DNA of 54,459 nucleotides from Oscillospiraceae bacterium (GTDB lineage Bacteria > Bacillota > Clostridia > Oscillospirales > Ruminococcaceae), in the NCBI GenBank assembly GCA_024697725.1, contig JAILFE010000199.1, positions 1 to 54,459 on the forward strand, read 5' to 3'. The notes below the pieces were generated by a model that saw only the letters and a program-made list of their open reading frames with translations, was not told the origin of the DNA and made no database searches. Of this stretch, positions 8,849 to 17,624 are shown in pieces (position 1 is the first letter of the stretch; each line of letters begins with the position of its first letter). Made by a program: the position numbers and the translations under genes.

Positions 8849-8861
8849 CTAATTTATTATT

Positions 8862-8904
8862 ACTGTCCTCTGCTGCAAAGTATACATCTGCGGCAGAGGA
8901 CAGT
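8862..8904. terminator. bidirectional stem-loop between convergent rqcH and cwlD
   Basis: ACTGTCCTCTGCTGC (8862-8876) pairs with GCGGCAGAGGACAGT (8890-8904), 15 bp with one G-U pair. Confidence 0.6.
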
Positions 8905-8907
8905 ATA

Positions 8908-9642
8908 TCATCTCTTTCTTTCCGTTATGAATCTGTTCAGCCCCTCAAACAGCGTGAATGCGACCTTGCACCTGTATTCGGGATCGGTGAGCTTTGCAGC
9001 TTCATCCGGATTTGACAGGAAGCCGCATTCCGCCATAACAGCGGGGTTTTTGCAGAAATGGCAGAGATAAAGCTCATTGCCGCACAGCTTTGTTTCACGA
9101 TCATTGTAGGGCTGAAGATTATCCTTGAACAATCCCTGCATTATCGAGGCGAGATGTGCGCTTTCGGGATTTGTCTTTGAATAGAACATCTGCGCCCCGT
9201 TAAATTTCGGGTCGGTATATGTGTTCTGATGTATCGACAGGCAGACTGCATCCGGGAATTTGTTGAATATCTCAAGCCGGTTCTCCATATCGGATATCTT
9301 CTGCGCTCGTATGCCTTCTGCATCGCTGTCATGGATAGACATATCCGTATCGCGCGTGGTCACGGTGCTGTAACCGAATATGACCGACATATCGCGCACC
9401 GACAGCATGATATCGAGATTTATCCCTTTTTCCGGTATACCGTCGGCAGTCGAACACCCTCCGTCTATCCCGCCGTGACCCGCATCGAGCACGATCATGG
9501 TGCTTGTGTCGAGGACAGTCGAAACATAGACCGCATTCCCTGTCCTGTCGATACGGCTTGCGGCATAGCATATCACGCCTATCCCGAAAAACATTGCCAG
9601 TACGGTGATAACAGCGGTATTTCCTGATCTTTTCATAAGCAT
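8908..9642 (-). CDS. cwlD: N-acetylmuramoyl-L-alanine amidase (Amidase_3), CwlD-like
   Basis: 244 aa with an N-terminal TM. LDAGHGGIDGG, VCLSIHQN and PAVMAECGFLSNPDEA are Amidase_3 hallmarks. The size and architecture match CwlD. Confidence 0.8.
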   Translation of the reverse strand: MLMKRSGNTAVITVLAMFFGIGVICYAASRIDRTGNAVYVSTVLDTSTMIVLDAGHGGIDGGCSTADGIPEKGINLDIMLSVRDMSVIFGYSTVTTRDTDMSIHDSDAEGIRAQKISDMENRLEIFNKFPDAVCLSIHQNTYTDPKFNGAQMFYSKTNPESAHLASIMQGLFKDNLQPYNDRETKLCGNELYLCHFCKNPAVMAECGFLSNPDEAAKLTDPEYRCKVAFTLFEGLNRFITERKR

Positions 9643-9757
9643 TGCTCCTCGTATCGTTTTTTCTATAGGCTATAGGATTATATGCCGGAGCCGTTGATCG
9701 TATGACGAAAGAAACGGACAAATCGTTTATTCTATGTAATTGGAGGTATATGCCGTC

Positions 9758-11080
9758 ATGAGTCTTGCGTTTACCATGCTGGAAACATACAAGGCTGCGA
9801 AACTGTCCCGCGAAAAGACAGCTGTTCTTCAGCAGATGCGACTGAATATGCTTGTCAGTTATGCAAGAGCGAACAGTCCGTATTACAGGCATCTTTATAA
9901 AGATATCGGAGAGCGCTTCACACTTGCCGATCTTCCTGTTACCGACAAGCCCGGTCTGATGTCGGAGTTTGACAATGTCCTGACCGACAGGAACATCACG
10001 ATGAGGCGCATAGATGAATTTACAGCGGTTCCCGACAATGTGGGCAGGATGATAGACGGGAGATATCTGATATTCAAGACCTCCGGCTCGACAGGAAATC
10101 CTGCTGTGGTGCTCTATGATAAGCACTGCATCGATGTTTCGTCTGCTGTAGCCGCATTCAGGACTTTCGCAAGGAAGCAGGACTTCAAAGCTTTCATGAA
10201 AAACGGAAAGAGAACAGCAGGTGTTTTTGCCGATCACGGCTTTTATCTTGCCTGCGGGATGTCACGCTATCTTTCGCTTAAAATGCCGCACAAAAAGAGT
10301 AAGATAACAGTCGATGTGAATCTGCCGGAAAGTGAGATTGTAAAAGCTCTCAATGATTTCCGTCCTGCTATGCTGAGCGGATATCCGTCGAATCTTGCAC
10401 TCCTTGCGGATGCAAAAGGGCTGGATATCCATCCTGATGTGATAATTACAGGCGGAGAGCTTCTCACCGATGATATAAAGCAAAAGCTTGCCGGGAAATT
10501 CGGCTGCTATGTGCAGACACACTATTCCTGCACCGAGAGCGGCGAGATAGCCTGTGAATGCTCCGAAGGGCATCTTCATATAAACTCGGACTGGGTGATA
10601 GTTGAGCCCGTTGACAGTGAGGGCAGACCCGTAGGCTTCGGAGTGCAGTCCGACAAAGTGCTGATAACGAATCTTGCAAACTATATCCAGCCCTTCATAC
10701 GCTACGAGCTTACCGACCGCATAACAGTTCACGATGAACGCTGCCGCTGCGGGAAAAGCTCGTACTGGCTGGAAATAGAGGGAAGGACAGATGATATCCT
10801 TTCCTTCGATAATGGCGTCAGGATCGCACCGATGTCGCTGTATAAGATACTGGAGGAGGTCAGGGAGATACGCCGCTTCCAGCTCGTATACAAGGATGCT
10901 CATGCTCTCGAGCTGAGAATAATATCCGATGAACGCGAAAAAGCCTTTGAAAAAGCAAGGCATGATCTGTTGAGCTTTTTCTTGGAAAAGGGGATAAATG
11001 ATACGGATATCGTTCTTTCCGAACATCGACCGCAGGCAGATAAGGTCAGCGGCAAATTCAAGCATATACTGAAGGAATGA
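9758..11080 (+). CDS. adenylate-forming enzyme, PaaK/CapK (phenylacetate-CoA ligase / coenzyme F390 synthetase-like) family
   Basis: Carries the AMP-binding motif FKTSGSTGNPAVV plus YSCTESG. The track ORF starts at TTG 9740, but ATG 9758 lies 11 nt after GGAGG. Confidence 0.75.
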   Translation: MSLAFTMLETYKAAKLSREKTAVLQQMRLNMLVSYARANSPYYRHLYKDIGERFTLADLPVTDKPGLMSEFDNVLTDRNITMRRIDEFTAVPDNVGRMIDGRYLIFKTSGSTGNPAVVLYDKHCIDVSSAVAAFRTFARKQDFKAFMKNGKRTAGVFADHGFYLACGMSRYLSLKMPHKKSKITVDVNLPESEIVKALNDFRPAMLSGYPSNLALLADAKGLDIHPDVIITGGELLTDDIKQKLAGKFGCYVQTHYSCTESGEIACECSEGHLHINSDWVIVEPVDSEGRPVGFGVQSDKVLITNLANYIQPFIRYELTDRITVHDERCRCGKSSYWLEIEGRTDDILSFDNGVRIAPMSLYKILEEVREIRRFQLVYKDAHALELRIISDEREKAFEKARHDLLSFFLEKGINDTDIVLSEHRPQADKVSGKFKHILKE

Positions 11081-11131
11081 TGCCGGATAATGGTGATAGA
11101 GAAGTCTTTTGACATAAGTATGATGCGGCAC

Positions 11132-11160
11132 TTGACAGGTTTGCAAAAATGGGGTATAAT
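11132..11160 (+). promoter_or_regulatory. perfect-consensus sigma-A promoter (TTGACA-17-TATAAT)
   Basis: TTGACA at 11132-11137, a 17-nt spacer, and TATAAT at 11155-11160. It sits about 40 nt upstream of ATG 11201. Confidence 0.6.
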
Positions 11161-11200
11161 ATGAGATGCCCTATTTAAAACAGGAAGGACTGATAAATAT

Positions 11201-11794
11201 ATGGCAGCCGCAACAGCGGAAAAGACCACTGCTCTTGACGTTATCAGGGAGCTTTACAATACTCCCGATAAATTTGTCGAGATCGCACTGAACGTGAATA
11301 CTGCGGGTATCGAGGCACACACGCATGACTGGTTCAGAACATATCCGAGCGGTATTTTTGTTACCGATATACGGTTTTCAAAGGATTATATCACATCTCA
11401 TCCCGAGGAGTGCTTTGTAAGGTCAATGCTTGCGGATGCGTCGATGTGCGAGGGCAGAGGACGGGATATATTCCGCGGTGTTCCCGAGGGAGAACGTGAA
11501 AAACTCCTGAGAGACAAGATCATAAATGAGTATATCATCCCGCAGGAGCTGCGGCTCGTCAATCCGCCGGTCGAGGATTTCATGAAGCTCTTTACCGGAT
11601 ATGCCGATAAGAACAACATAGCCTCCGACAAGCGCGAGAGGATGTTCTACAAGCGCCTTACTGCCGAGCTGCCAAAAGCAGATATAATCGAGATAGGCGG
11701 CAGCAGCGAGAGCAGCCATCTCTATTACATAACTTCAAAGGATATGGTCTATATCATAAATTTCGGCGAATGGAAGGTCGAACATCAGCACTGA
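11201..11794 (+). CDS. hypothetical protein (197 aa, soluble, no family recognised)
   Basis: Clean ORF behind a consensus promoter, with coding-like composition. I recognise no motif in it. Confidence 0.6.
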   Translation: MAAATAEKTTALDVIRELYNTPDKFVEIALNVNTAGIEAHTHDWFRTYPSGIFVTDIRFSKDYITSHPEECFVRSMLADASMCEGRGRDIFRGVPEGEREKLLRDKIINEYIIPQELRLVNPPVEDFMKLFTGYADKNNIASDKRERMFYKRLTAELPKADIIEIGGSSESSHLYYITSKDMVYIINFGEWKVEHQH

Positions 11795-11853
11795 CGTTCT
11801 TTTCCTGCATTTTTATGCGCTAATAATATTTATACCTGAAAGGATTTTTGAAA

Positions 11854-13077
11854 ATGGAACTTTACGAGGAACTCAAACGCCGCGGACTTATCGCTCAGAC
11901 GACCAACGAAGCGGAGATCAGCAAGCTCATCAACAACGGTCAGGCGACCTTCTACATAGGCTTCGATCCGACAGCCGACAGTCTTCATGTCGGACATTTC
12001 ATGGCACTCTGCCTTATGAAGCGTCTGCAGTCGGCTGGCAATAAGCCGATAGCGCTTGTCGGCGGCGGAACAGGCATGATCGGCGACCCCTCCGGCAGAA
12101 CGGATATGCGTTCAATGATGACGAACGATATGATAGACCATAACTGCGAATGTTTCAGAAAGCAAATGAGCCGTTTTATCGAATTCGGCGAGGGCAAGGC
12201 ACGTATGGTTAATAATGCGGACTGGCTCCGTGATCTGAATTTTATGGGATTCATGAGAGAAGTCGGTGTTCATTTCAATGTTGCAACGATGCTCCGCGCA
12301 AGAGCCTATGAGAACAGAATGGCACGCGAGGGCGGGCTTACTTTCTTTGAGATGAGCTATATGCTGCTCCAGTCATACGATTTCTATATGCTCTACAAGG
12401 ATTACGGCTGCAATATGCAGTTCGGCGGAGATGACCAGTGGTCAAATATGCTGGGCGGCACCGAGCTTATCCGCAAGAAGCTCGGAAAAGACGCTCATGC
12501 AATGACTATTACACTTCTGCTCAATTCCGAGGGAAAGAAGATGGGCAAGACAGCAAGCGGCGCTGTATGGCTTGATCCCGAAAAGACTACTCCCTATGAT
12601 TTCTTCCAGTATTGGAGAAATGTTGATGATGCGGATGTCATCAAGTGCATGAAGATGCTCACGTTCATCCCGATCGAGGAGATCGAGGAAATGGAGCGCA
12701 CACTTACAGGTGCCGAGCTTAACTCTGCCAAGGAAAGACTTGCCCACAGCCTTACCGAGCTCGTTCACGGCAAGGAAGAGGCAGATAAGTGCCTTGATGC
12801 GGCAAAGGCCATATTCGGCGGCTCAGGAAATTCCGCAGATATGCCCTGTACCGAGATACCCCTTTCCGAGCTTGAAGACGGCAGCATAGGCATACTCGAT
12901 CTGCTCGTGAGAACAAAGCTCGCACCCTCAAAATCGGAAGGCAGGCGCCTTGTTCAGCAGGGAGGCATCACGGTGAATGACGAAAAGCAGACCGATCCCA
13001 ATGCCAAGATATCCCTCAAAAACGAGGCTGTCATAAGAAAAGGAAAGAAAATATTCCATAAGGCTGTCGGAGTCTGA
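11854..13077 (+). CDS. tyrS: tyrosine--tRNA ligase
   Basis: HIGH motif present as HVGHFM and KMSKS as KKMGKT, with a C-terminal S4-like domain. ATG 11854 follows RBS GAAAGGA; the track start TTG 11848 is less likely. Confidence 0.93.
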   Translation: MELYEELKRRGLIAQTTNEAEISKLINNGQATFYIGFDPTADSLHVGHFMALCLMKRLQSAGNKPIALVGGGTGMIGDPSGRTDMRSMMTNDMIDHNCECFRKQMSRFIEFGEGKARMVNNADWLRDLNFMGFMREVGVHFNVATMLRARAYENRMAREGGLTFFEMSYMLLQSYDFYMLYKDYGCNMQFGGDDQWSNMLGGTELIRKKLGKDAHAMTITLLLNSEGKKMGKTASGAVWLDPEKTTPYDFFQYWRNVDDADVIKCMKMLTFIPIEEIEEMERTLTGAELNSAKERLAHSLTELVHGKEEADKCLDAAKAIFGGSGNSADMPCTEIPLSELEDGSIGILDLLVRTKLAPSKSEGRRLVQQGGITVNDEKQTDPNAKISLKNEAVIRKGKKIFHKAVGV

Positions 13078-13078
13078 T

Positions 13079-14152
13079 ATGCCTGTCGGATTCTATATCC
13101 ATATACCGTTCTGTCTGCACAAATGCAACTATTGTGATTTTTTTTCGGTAAAATATGATGAGGAACGGCTGAATAGTTATGTCGGAGCGGTGAAAAAAAA
13201 TCTTCGCCGCTATCCAGCGTGCTGCGCAGACAGTGTATATTTCGGCGGCGGCACGCCTTCTCTGCTTTCTGCGGGGATGGTGTACGATATCCTTTCTGAA
13301 ATAGATCTTGCCGAAAACTGTGAAGTGAGTACGGAATGCAATCCTTCCTCTGCGGGGAAGGATAAGTTCAAGGGATATCTTGATGCAGGCATAAACCGCC
13401 TGTCTGTCGGGATACAGTCTCTGAGCGACAGGGAGCTGAAGGCGTCGGGAAGACTTCATAATTCTGATGAAGCGGTAAATACGATAAAAAGCGCGTATTC
13501 GGCGGGATTTGAGAATATTTCAGCCGATATAATGCTCGGGATGCCGTATCAGACTATATCGTCGCTCAGAGAAACTCTTGACCGCATAGTCAGTCTTCCT
13601 CTGACCCATATCTCGGCTTATATGCTCACAGTTGCCGAGGATACGCCGCTTGCTTCGGATAAAGCACTGCTTTCAGCTTCGGCGGATGCGGATACTCTTG
13701 CTGATATGTATATGCTCACCTGTGAAAAGCTTGAAAAAGCAGGCTTTTCACATTATGAGATATCTAATTTTGCCTCAGAGGGATATGAATGCAGACATAA
13801 TCTCAGATACTGGCGCTGTGAACCGTATATCGGCATAGGCACTGCGGCGCATTCCTGCTATAACGGGAAGCGCTTTTATGTTGACAACGATATCGACAGC
13901 TTTATTAACAGCAGTGAGCAGAACGAGATAATATACGATGAAGCTCCCTGTGATGATAATGAACGTATAATGCTCGCTCTTCGCCTGAAAAGCGGCATAC
14001 GTGCGGCGCAGCTTGACGATGAGCTTATGAAAAAGGCAGAAACTATTGCAAAAGCGGGCTATCTGGAGATAAAGGACGGCATTGTCTCACTGACTGATAA
14101 AGGTTTTCTGATCTCAAATGAAATAATATGCCGGCTGACAATGAACTGCTGA
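13079..14152 (+). CDS. hemW: radical SAM heme chaperone HemW (HemN-like, oxygen-independent coproporphyrinogen oxidase family)
   Basis: N-terminal YIHIPFCLHKCNYCDF (CxxxCxxC) followed by GGGTPS. Its ATG is 1 nt after the tyrS stop. Confidence 0.85.
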   Translation: MPVGFYIHIPFCLHKCNYCDFFSVKYDEERLNSYVGAVKKNLRRYPACCADSVYFGGGTPSLLSAGMVYDILSEIDLAENCEVSTECNPSSAGKDKFKGYLDAGINRLSVGIQSLSDRELKASGRLHNSDEAVNTIKSAYSAGFENISADIMLGMPYQTISSLRETLDRIVSLPLTHISAYMLTVAEDTPLASDKALLSASADADTLADMYMLTCEKLEKAGFSHYEISNFASEGYECRHNLRYWRCEPYIGIGTAAHSCYNGKRFYVDNDIDSFINSSEQNEIIYDEAPCDDNERIMLALRLKSGIRAAQLDDELMKKAETIAKAGYLEIKDGIVSLTDKGFLISNEIICRLTMNC

Positions 14153-14156
14153 AATG

Positions 14157-14196
14157 ACACGATATTTCCCGGAAGGGGAGCATCGTGTATTTTTCT
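14157..14196 (+). terminator. rho-independent terminator after hemW
   Basis: ACACGAT (14157-14163) pairs with ATCGTGT (14182-14188), followed by ATTTTTCT. Confidence 0.5.
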
Positions 14197-14379
14197 GCCG
14201 TCTGAAAATGCATTGCCCCTGTCTTAACATATTCCCGATATTTGCGGCTTGCTGTAATATATGCATAAAAATCGCCTATATACAGAATAAAATTCTGTAT
14301 ATCTGACAAAATATACATTTTATCATTTTGTATAACACTAAAAATTTATGAAAAAACAAGATTTTTTGGCTCAAAGTAG

Positions 14380-14408
14380 TTGTTTTATCGGAAAATATTT
14401 GTTATAAT
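14380..14408 (+). promoter_or_regulatory. sigma-A type promoter (TTGTTT-17-TATAAT) for the asp23-nusB operon
   Basis: TTGTTT at 14380-14385, a 17-nt spacer, and TATAAT at 14403-14408, within a ~310-nt AT-rich intergenic region. Confidence 0.45.
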
Positions 14409-14471
14409 ATATGTGTATGTATTCAGCTACGATCGGAATGCATTTCCGACGATCCGAAAGGAATGATCTTT

Positions 14472-14798
14472 ATGGAGATTATAAAGGAAACGTCTGTAAA
14501 CAGTCTTAAAGTTTCTGAGGATGTTATCGCATCTGTTGTAAAGCTCGCGGTCAATTCCGTTGACGGTGTTGCCGGCCTTTGTCTCGGAAAAAAGGACAAG
14601 CTCAGAAAAGCTATCGCTCTGAAGCTTGATTCCGATTTCCCCGAGATCACGGTAAAGATAAATGTCCTGCCAGACTGCAATGCGATCAGTGTATGCGAAA
14701 ATGTGCAGAAAAAGGTCAGGGAAGATATGATGTCGATGACAGGGATAGCTCTGAACCGCGTGAATGTCAAGGTCGAGAGGATATCCTCTGCCGGATGA
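14472..14798 (+). CDS. Asp23/Gls24 family alkaline shock protein (YqhY-like)
   Basis: VSEDVIASVVKLAVNSVDGVAGL is typical of the Asp23 family. ATG 14472 is better spaced from the AAAGGA RBS than the track start 14463. Confidence 0.85.
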   Translation: MEIIKETSVNSLKVSEDVIASVVKLAVNSVDGVAGLCLGKKDKLRKAIALKLDSDFPEITVKINVLPDCNAISVCENVQKKVREDMMSMTGIALNRVNVKVERISSAG

Positions 14799-14845
14799 GG
14801 CAGGCGATGACATTATTCTCGATGTATATGAAAGGATAGTACGAA

Positions 14846-15268
14846 TTGAGAAGAAGTGAAATGAGAGAGGCATCTTTTCTGCTGATCTTCGAGAGGATCT
14901 TCCGTATGAACGATACATACGAGGAAATACTTGAAACAGCGCGTGATGCCGATGAATATGAATTCAACGATGACGCTGTCGGCAATCTCAGGGGTGTGTA
15001 CGAGAATCTCGATGCCATAGACGGTATAATAGCCTCTTACAGCGAAAAAAGACAGATATCCAGGATATCGAAGGTAAGTCTGGCTGTTCTCAGACTTGCG
15101 ATATACGAGATAAATTTCTGCGAAAAGGTGCCGACCAATGTTGCGATAAGCGAAGCGGTGAATCTTGCGAAGAAATTTGCACTTGACAATGAAGTGCAGT
15201 TCGTCAACGGAGTGCTCGGAGCTTATTCCCGCGATCTCGCCGAAAAGGATGCGGAGGCTGCCGAATAA
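14846..15268 (+). CDS. nusB: transcription antitermination factor NusB
   Basis: LAVLRLAIYEINF...VAISEAVNLAKKF...FVNGVLG matches NusB. TTG 14846 lies 9 nt after AAAGGA; the alternative start is ATG 14861. Confidence 0.9.
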   Translation: MRRSEMREASFLLIFERIFRMNDTYEEILETARDADEYEFNDDAVGNLRGVYENLDAIDGIIASYSEKRQISRISKVSLAVLRLAIYEINFCEKVPTNVAISEAVNLAKKFALDNEVQFVNGVLGAYSRDLAEKDAEAAE

Positions 15269-16245
15269 TGCCGCGTTTTCTCGGTATAGATACGAGCAAC
15301 TACACTACTTCCGTTGCATTGTATGATACCTCGGACAACAGCATTGTCATGGAAAAGAAGCTGCTCCCCGTGAAAAAAGGGGAGCTCGGTCTGCGCCAGA
15401 GCGACGCTGTGTTCCACCATACGATGCAGCTTCCGCAGATCATACATGAGCTTTCGGAGAAATGCGATCTGAAAGACATAGACGGGATAGGCGTTTCCGA
15501 CAGACCGCGCAATGCCAAGGGGTCATATATGCCATGCTTCATGTGTGGAAACGGTCTTGCCGAAAGCTTTTCCGCTGTTATGCATATCCCGGTATACCGC
15601 ACATCGCATCAGATAGGGCATATACTTGCTGCACTCTATTCGGCAGACAAGCTTGAGCTTCTGCTTGGAAAATTCGCGGCTTTCCATATCAGCGGCGGAA
15701 CAACGGACTGCCTGCTCTGCACACCGGACAGCGATAGTATACTTGATATCACTATGACGGCATCCTCTCTCGATCTGAAGGGAGGACAGCTCATCGACCG
15801 CACGGGAGTGATGCTCGGTCTCGGTTTTCCGTGCGGGAAGGAACTTGAAAAGCTCGCTTCCGGCTGCAAGAGCGATGTCAGACAATTCGGTCTGCGCCCC
15901 GTTCTTAAAAACGGGAACTGCTGTATGTCGGGATTTCAGAATAAGCTTGAAAATATGCATTCAAAGGGCTGTCCGCCCGAGGATATCGCCCGTGCCTGCG
16001 AATATGCGGTCGCTGTCACTGTCGGGGCGATGACGGAATATTCGGAATCGGCAAACGGCAGTCTGCCGATCATTTATGCAGGCGGTGTGATGTCAAACAG
16101 ATATATAGCCACGTTCCTGTCAAAGGGACGCGAGGCGTATTTCGCACAGCCGGACTATTCCTGCGACAATGCCGCGGGTACAGCGATCTTTGCAGCCATA
16201 AGATCGGGCTGTGCCGATCCCGGAATGATGAGGAGATCCAGATGA
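15268..16245 (+). CDS. divergent TsaD/Kae1-family (peptidase M22, ASKHA fold) protein
   Basis: The N-terminus FLGIDTSNYTTSVALYD compares with ILGIETSCDET of TsaD. The metal-binding pair SHQIGH (HxxxH) is present, followed by FHISGGTTD and a C-terminal IYAGGVMSN. The start shares 1 nt with the nusB stop (TAATG), and the stop overlaps the xseA start (ATGA). Confidence 0.7.
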   Translation: MPRFLGIDTSNYTTSVALYDTSDNSIVMEKKLLPVKKGELGLRQSDAVFHHTMQLPQIIHELSEKCDLKDIDGIGVSDRPRNAKGSYMPCFMCGNGLAESFSAVMHIPVYRTSHQIGHILAALYSADKLELLLGKFAAFHISGGTTDCLLCTPDSDSILDITMTASSLDLKGGQLIDRTGVMLGLGFPCGKELEKLASGCKSDVRQFGLRPVLKNGNCCMSGFQNKLENMHSKGCPPEDIARACEYAVAVTVGAMTEYSESANGSLPIIYAGGVMSNRYIATFLSKGREAYFAQPDYSCDNAAGTAIFAAIRSGCADPGMMRRSR

Positions 16246-17432
16246 GCATTACAGTTACCGTTTCACAGCTCAATACCTATATATCATCGCTTTTCCGCGG
16301 GAACGATACATTCAGGAACATATATGTCCGCGGAGAGATATCCGGTTTTGTAAATCATACAAGATCAGGTCATTTTTATTTTACACTGAAAGATAACACA
16401 AGCTCCGTAAAGGCTGTTATGTTCAGCAGATATGCGCAGTCGCTGAGGTTCATGCCGGAAAACGGGATGAGCGTGATAGTATCGGCAAACGTCGAAGTCT
16501 TTGAGCGTGACGGATTGTATCAGCTCTATGTTTCCGATATTATCCCGGACGGAGCGGGTGCTGTTTATGCCGCGATAGAGCAGCTCAAAAAGAAGCTCTC
16601 CGAGGAAGGTCTGTTCAGTGAAAAATACAAGAAGCCGCTGCCGTTTTTTCCGAAAAAGATCGGTATAGTGACATCGCGTGAGGCTGCGGCTCTTCAGGAT
16701 ATACTGCGTATAATCGAAAGACGCTGTCCGGCTGTTGAGGCAGTCGTTTTTCCTTGTCTCGTACAGGGGGACAACGCTCCCGGTTCGATATGCGACGCAC
16801 TCGGAAAAGCGGATAAAAGCGGCTGTGATGTTATAATATGCGGAAGAGGCGGAGGCTCCCCGGAGGATCTTATGGCATTCAATTCCGAAAAGGTCGCTTT
16901 TGCGATATTTGACTGTGTTACTCCGGTGATATCTGCTGTCGGGCATGAGACAGATACCACTATCGCCGATCTTACAGCCGATCTTCGTGCGCCGACGCCT
17001 TCTGCGGCGGCTGAACTTGCAGTACCGCTGCTTTCGGATGTCAGGAGCAATCTTTCTGCTGTCACTACAGAGCTGATGCGGACGATGGAAAGATATATCC
17101 TCGATAAGGAGCAGCAGCTCGACGGTATGGATACGAGTCTGAAACTGTGTTCTCCCGCAAACGGATTTTCTGTCCTTGCCGATATGACCGATATATATGA
17201 AAAGCGGCTGAAGGAACTGATAAACGCTCTTGTGGATGCAAATGAAAAGCGGATCGCTTCGGATGCTGCACAGCTTGACGGAGCAAGCCCGCTGAAAATA
17301 ATGGCAAGGGGCTATTCGGTCGTATTCAGGGATAACAAGGTGGTGTCATCATCGGGGGAGCTTAAAAAGGATGACCGCATAAGGATAAGATTCAGCGATG
17401 GCGAATGCTCTGCCGTTGTTACGGAGGAATAA
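16242..17432 (+). CDS. xseA: exodeoxyribonuclease VII large subunit
   Basis: N-terminal OB fold (VSQLNTYISSLF...YVRGEISGF) followed by the IGIVTSREAAALQDI...GRGGGS...VISAVGHETDTTIADL core. Confidence 0.93.
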   Translation: MSITVTVSQLNTYISSLFRGNDTFRNIYVRGEISGFVNHTRSGHFYFTLKDNTSSVKAVMFSRYAQSLRFMPENGMSVIVSANVEVFERDGLYQLYVSDIIPDGAGAVYAAIEQLKKKLSEEGLFSEKYKKPLPFFPKKIGIVTSREAAALQDILRIIERRCPAVEAVVFPCLVQGDNAPGSICDALGKADKSGCDVIICGRGGGSPEDLMAFNSEKVAFAIFDCVTPVISAVGHETDTTIADLTADLRAPTPSAAAELAVPLLSDVRSNLSAVTTELMRTMERYILDKEQQLDGMDTSLKLCSPANGFSVLADMTDIYEKRLKELINALVDANEKRIASDAAQLDGASPLKIMARGYSVVFRDNKVVSSSGELKKDDRIRIRFSDGECSAVVTEE

Positions 17433-17435
17433 TAT

Positions 17436-17624
17436 ATGACATATGAAGCTACGATAGCAAATGTGGAAAAGATCATCTCCCGCCTTGCGGAAAAGGATGT
17501 TCCGCTCGATGAAGCTGTCAGACTGTATAAGGAAGGCATGGACGGACTTTCTGAATGCCGCAGGGAGCTTGACAAGGCAAAAATGATGATATCCGAGGTA
17601 AGCGGAGATAAAGACAATGAATGA
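17436..17624 (+). CDS. xseB: exodeoxyribonuclease VII small subunit
   Basis: 62 aa. FEATIANVEKIISRLAEKDVPLDEAVRLYKEG matches XseB. It begins 3 nt after xseA. Confidence 0.9.
   Translation: MTYEATIANVEKIISRLAEKDVPLDEAVRLYKEGMDGLSECRRELDKAKMMISEVSGDKDNE

Noticed and set aside
11795-11853. T-box leader upstream of tyrS
   Set aside because: The gap is only 59 nt and has no specifier-loop or T-box (AGGGTGGTACCGCG-like) sequence. The 11081-11200 gap is also too short.
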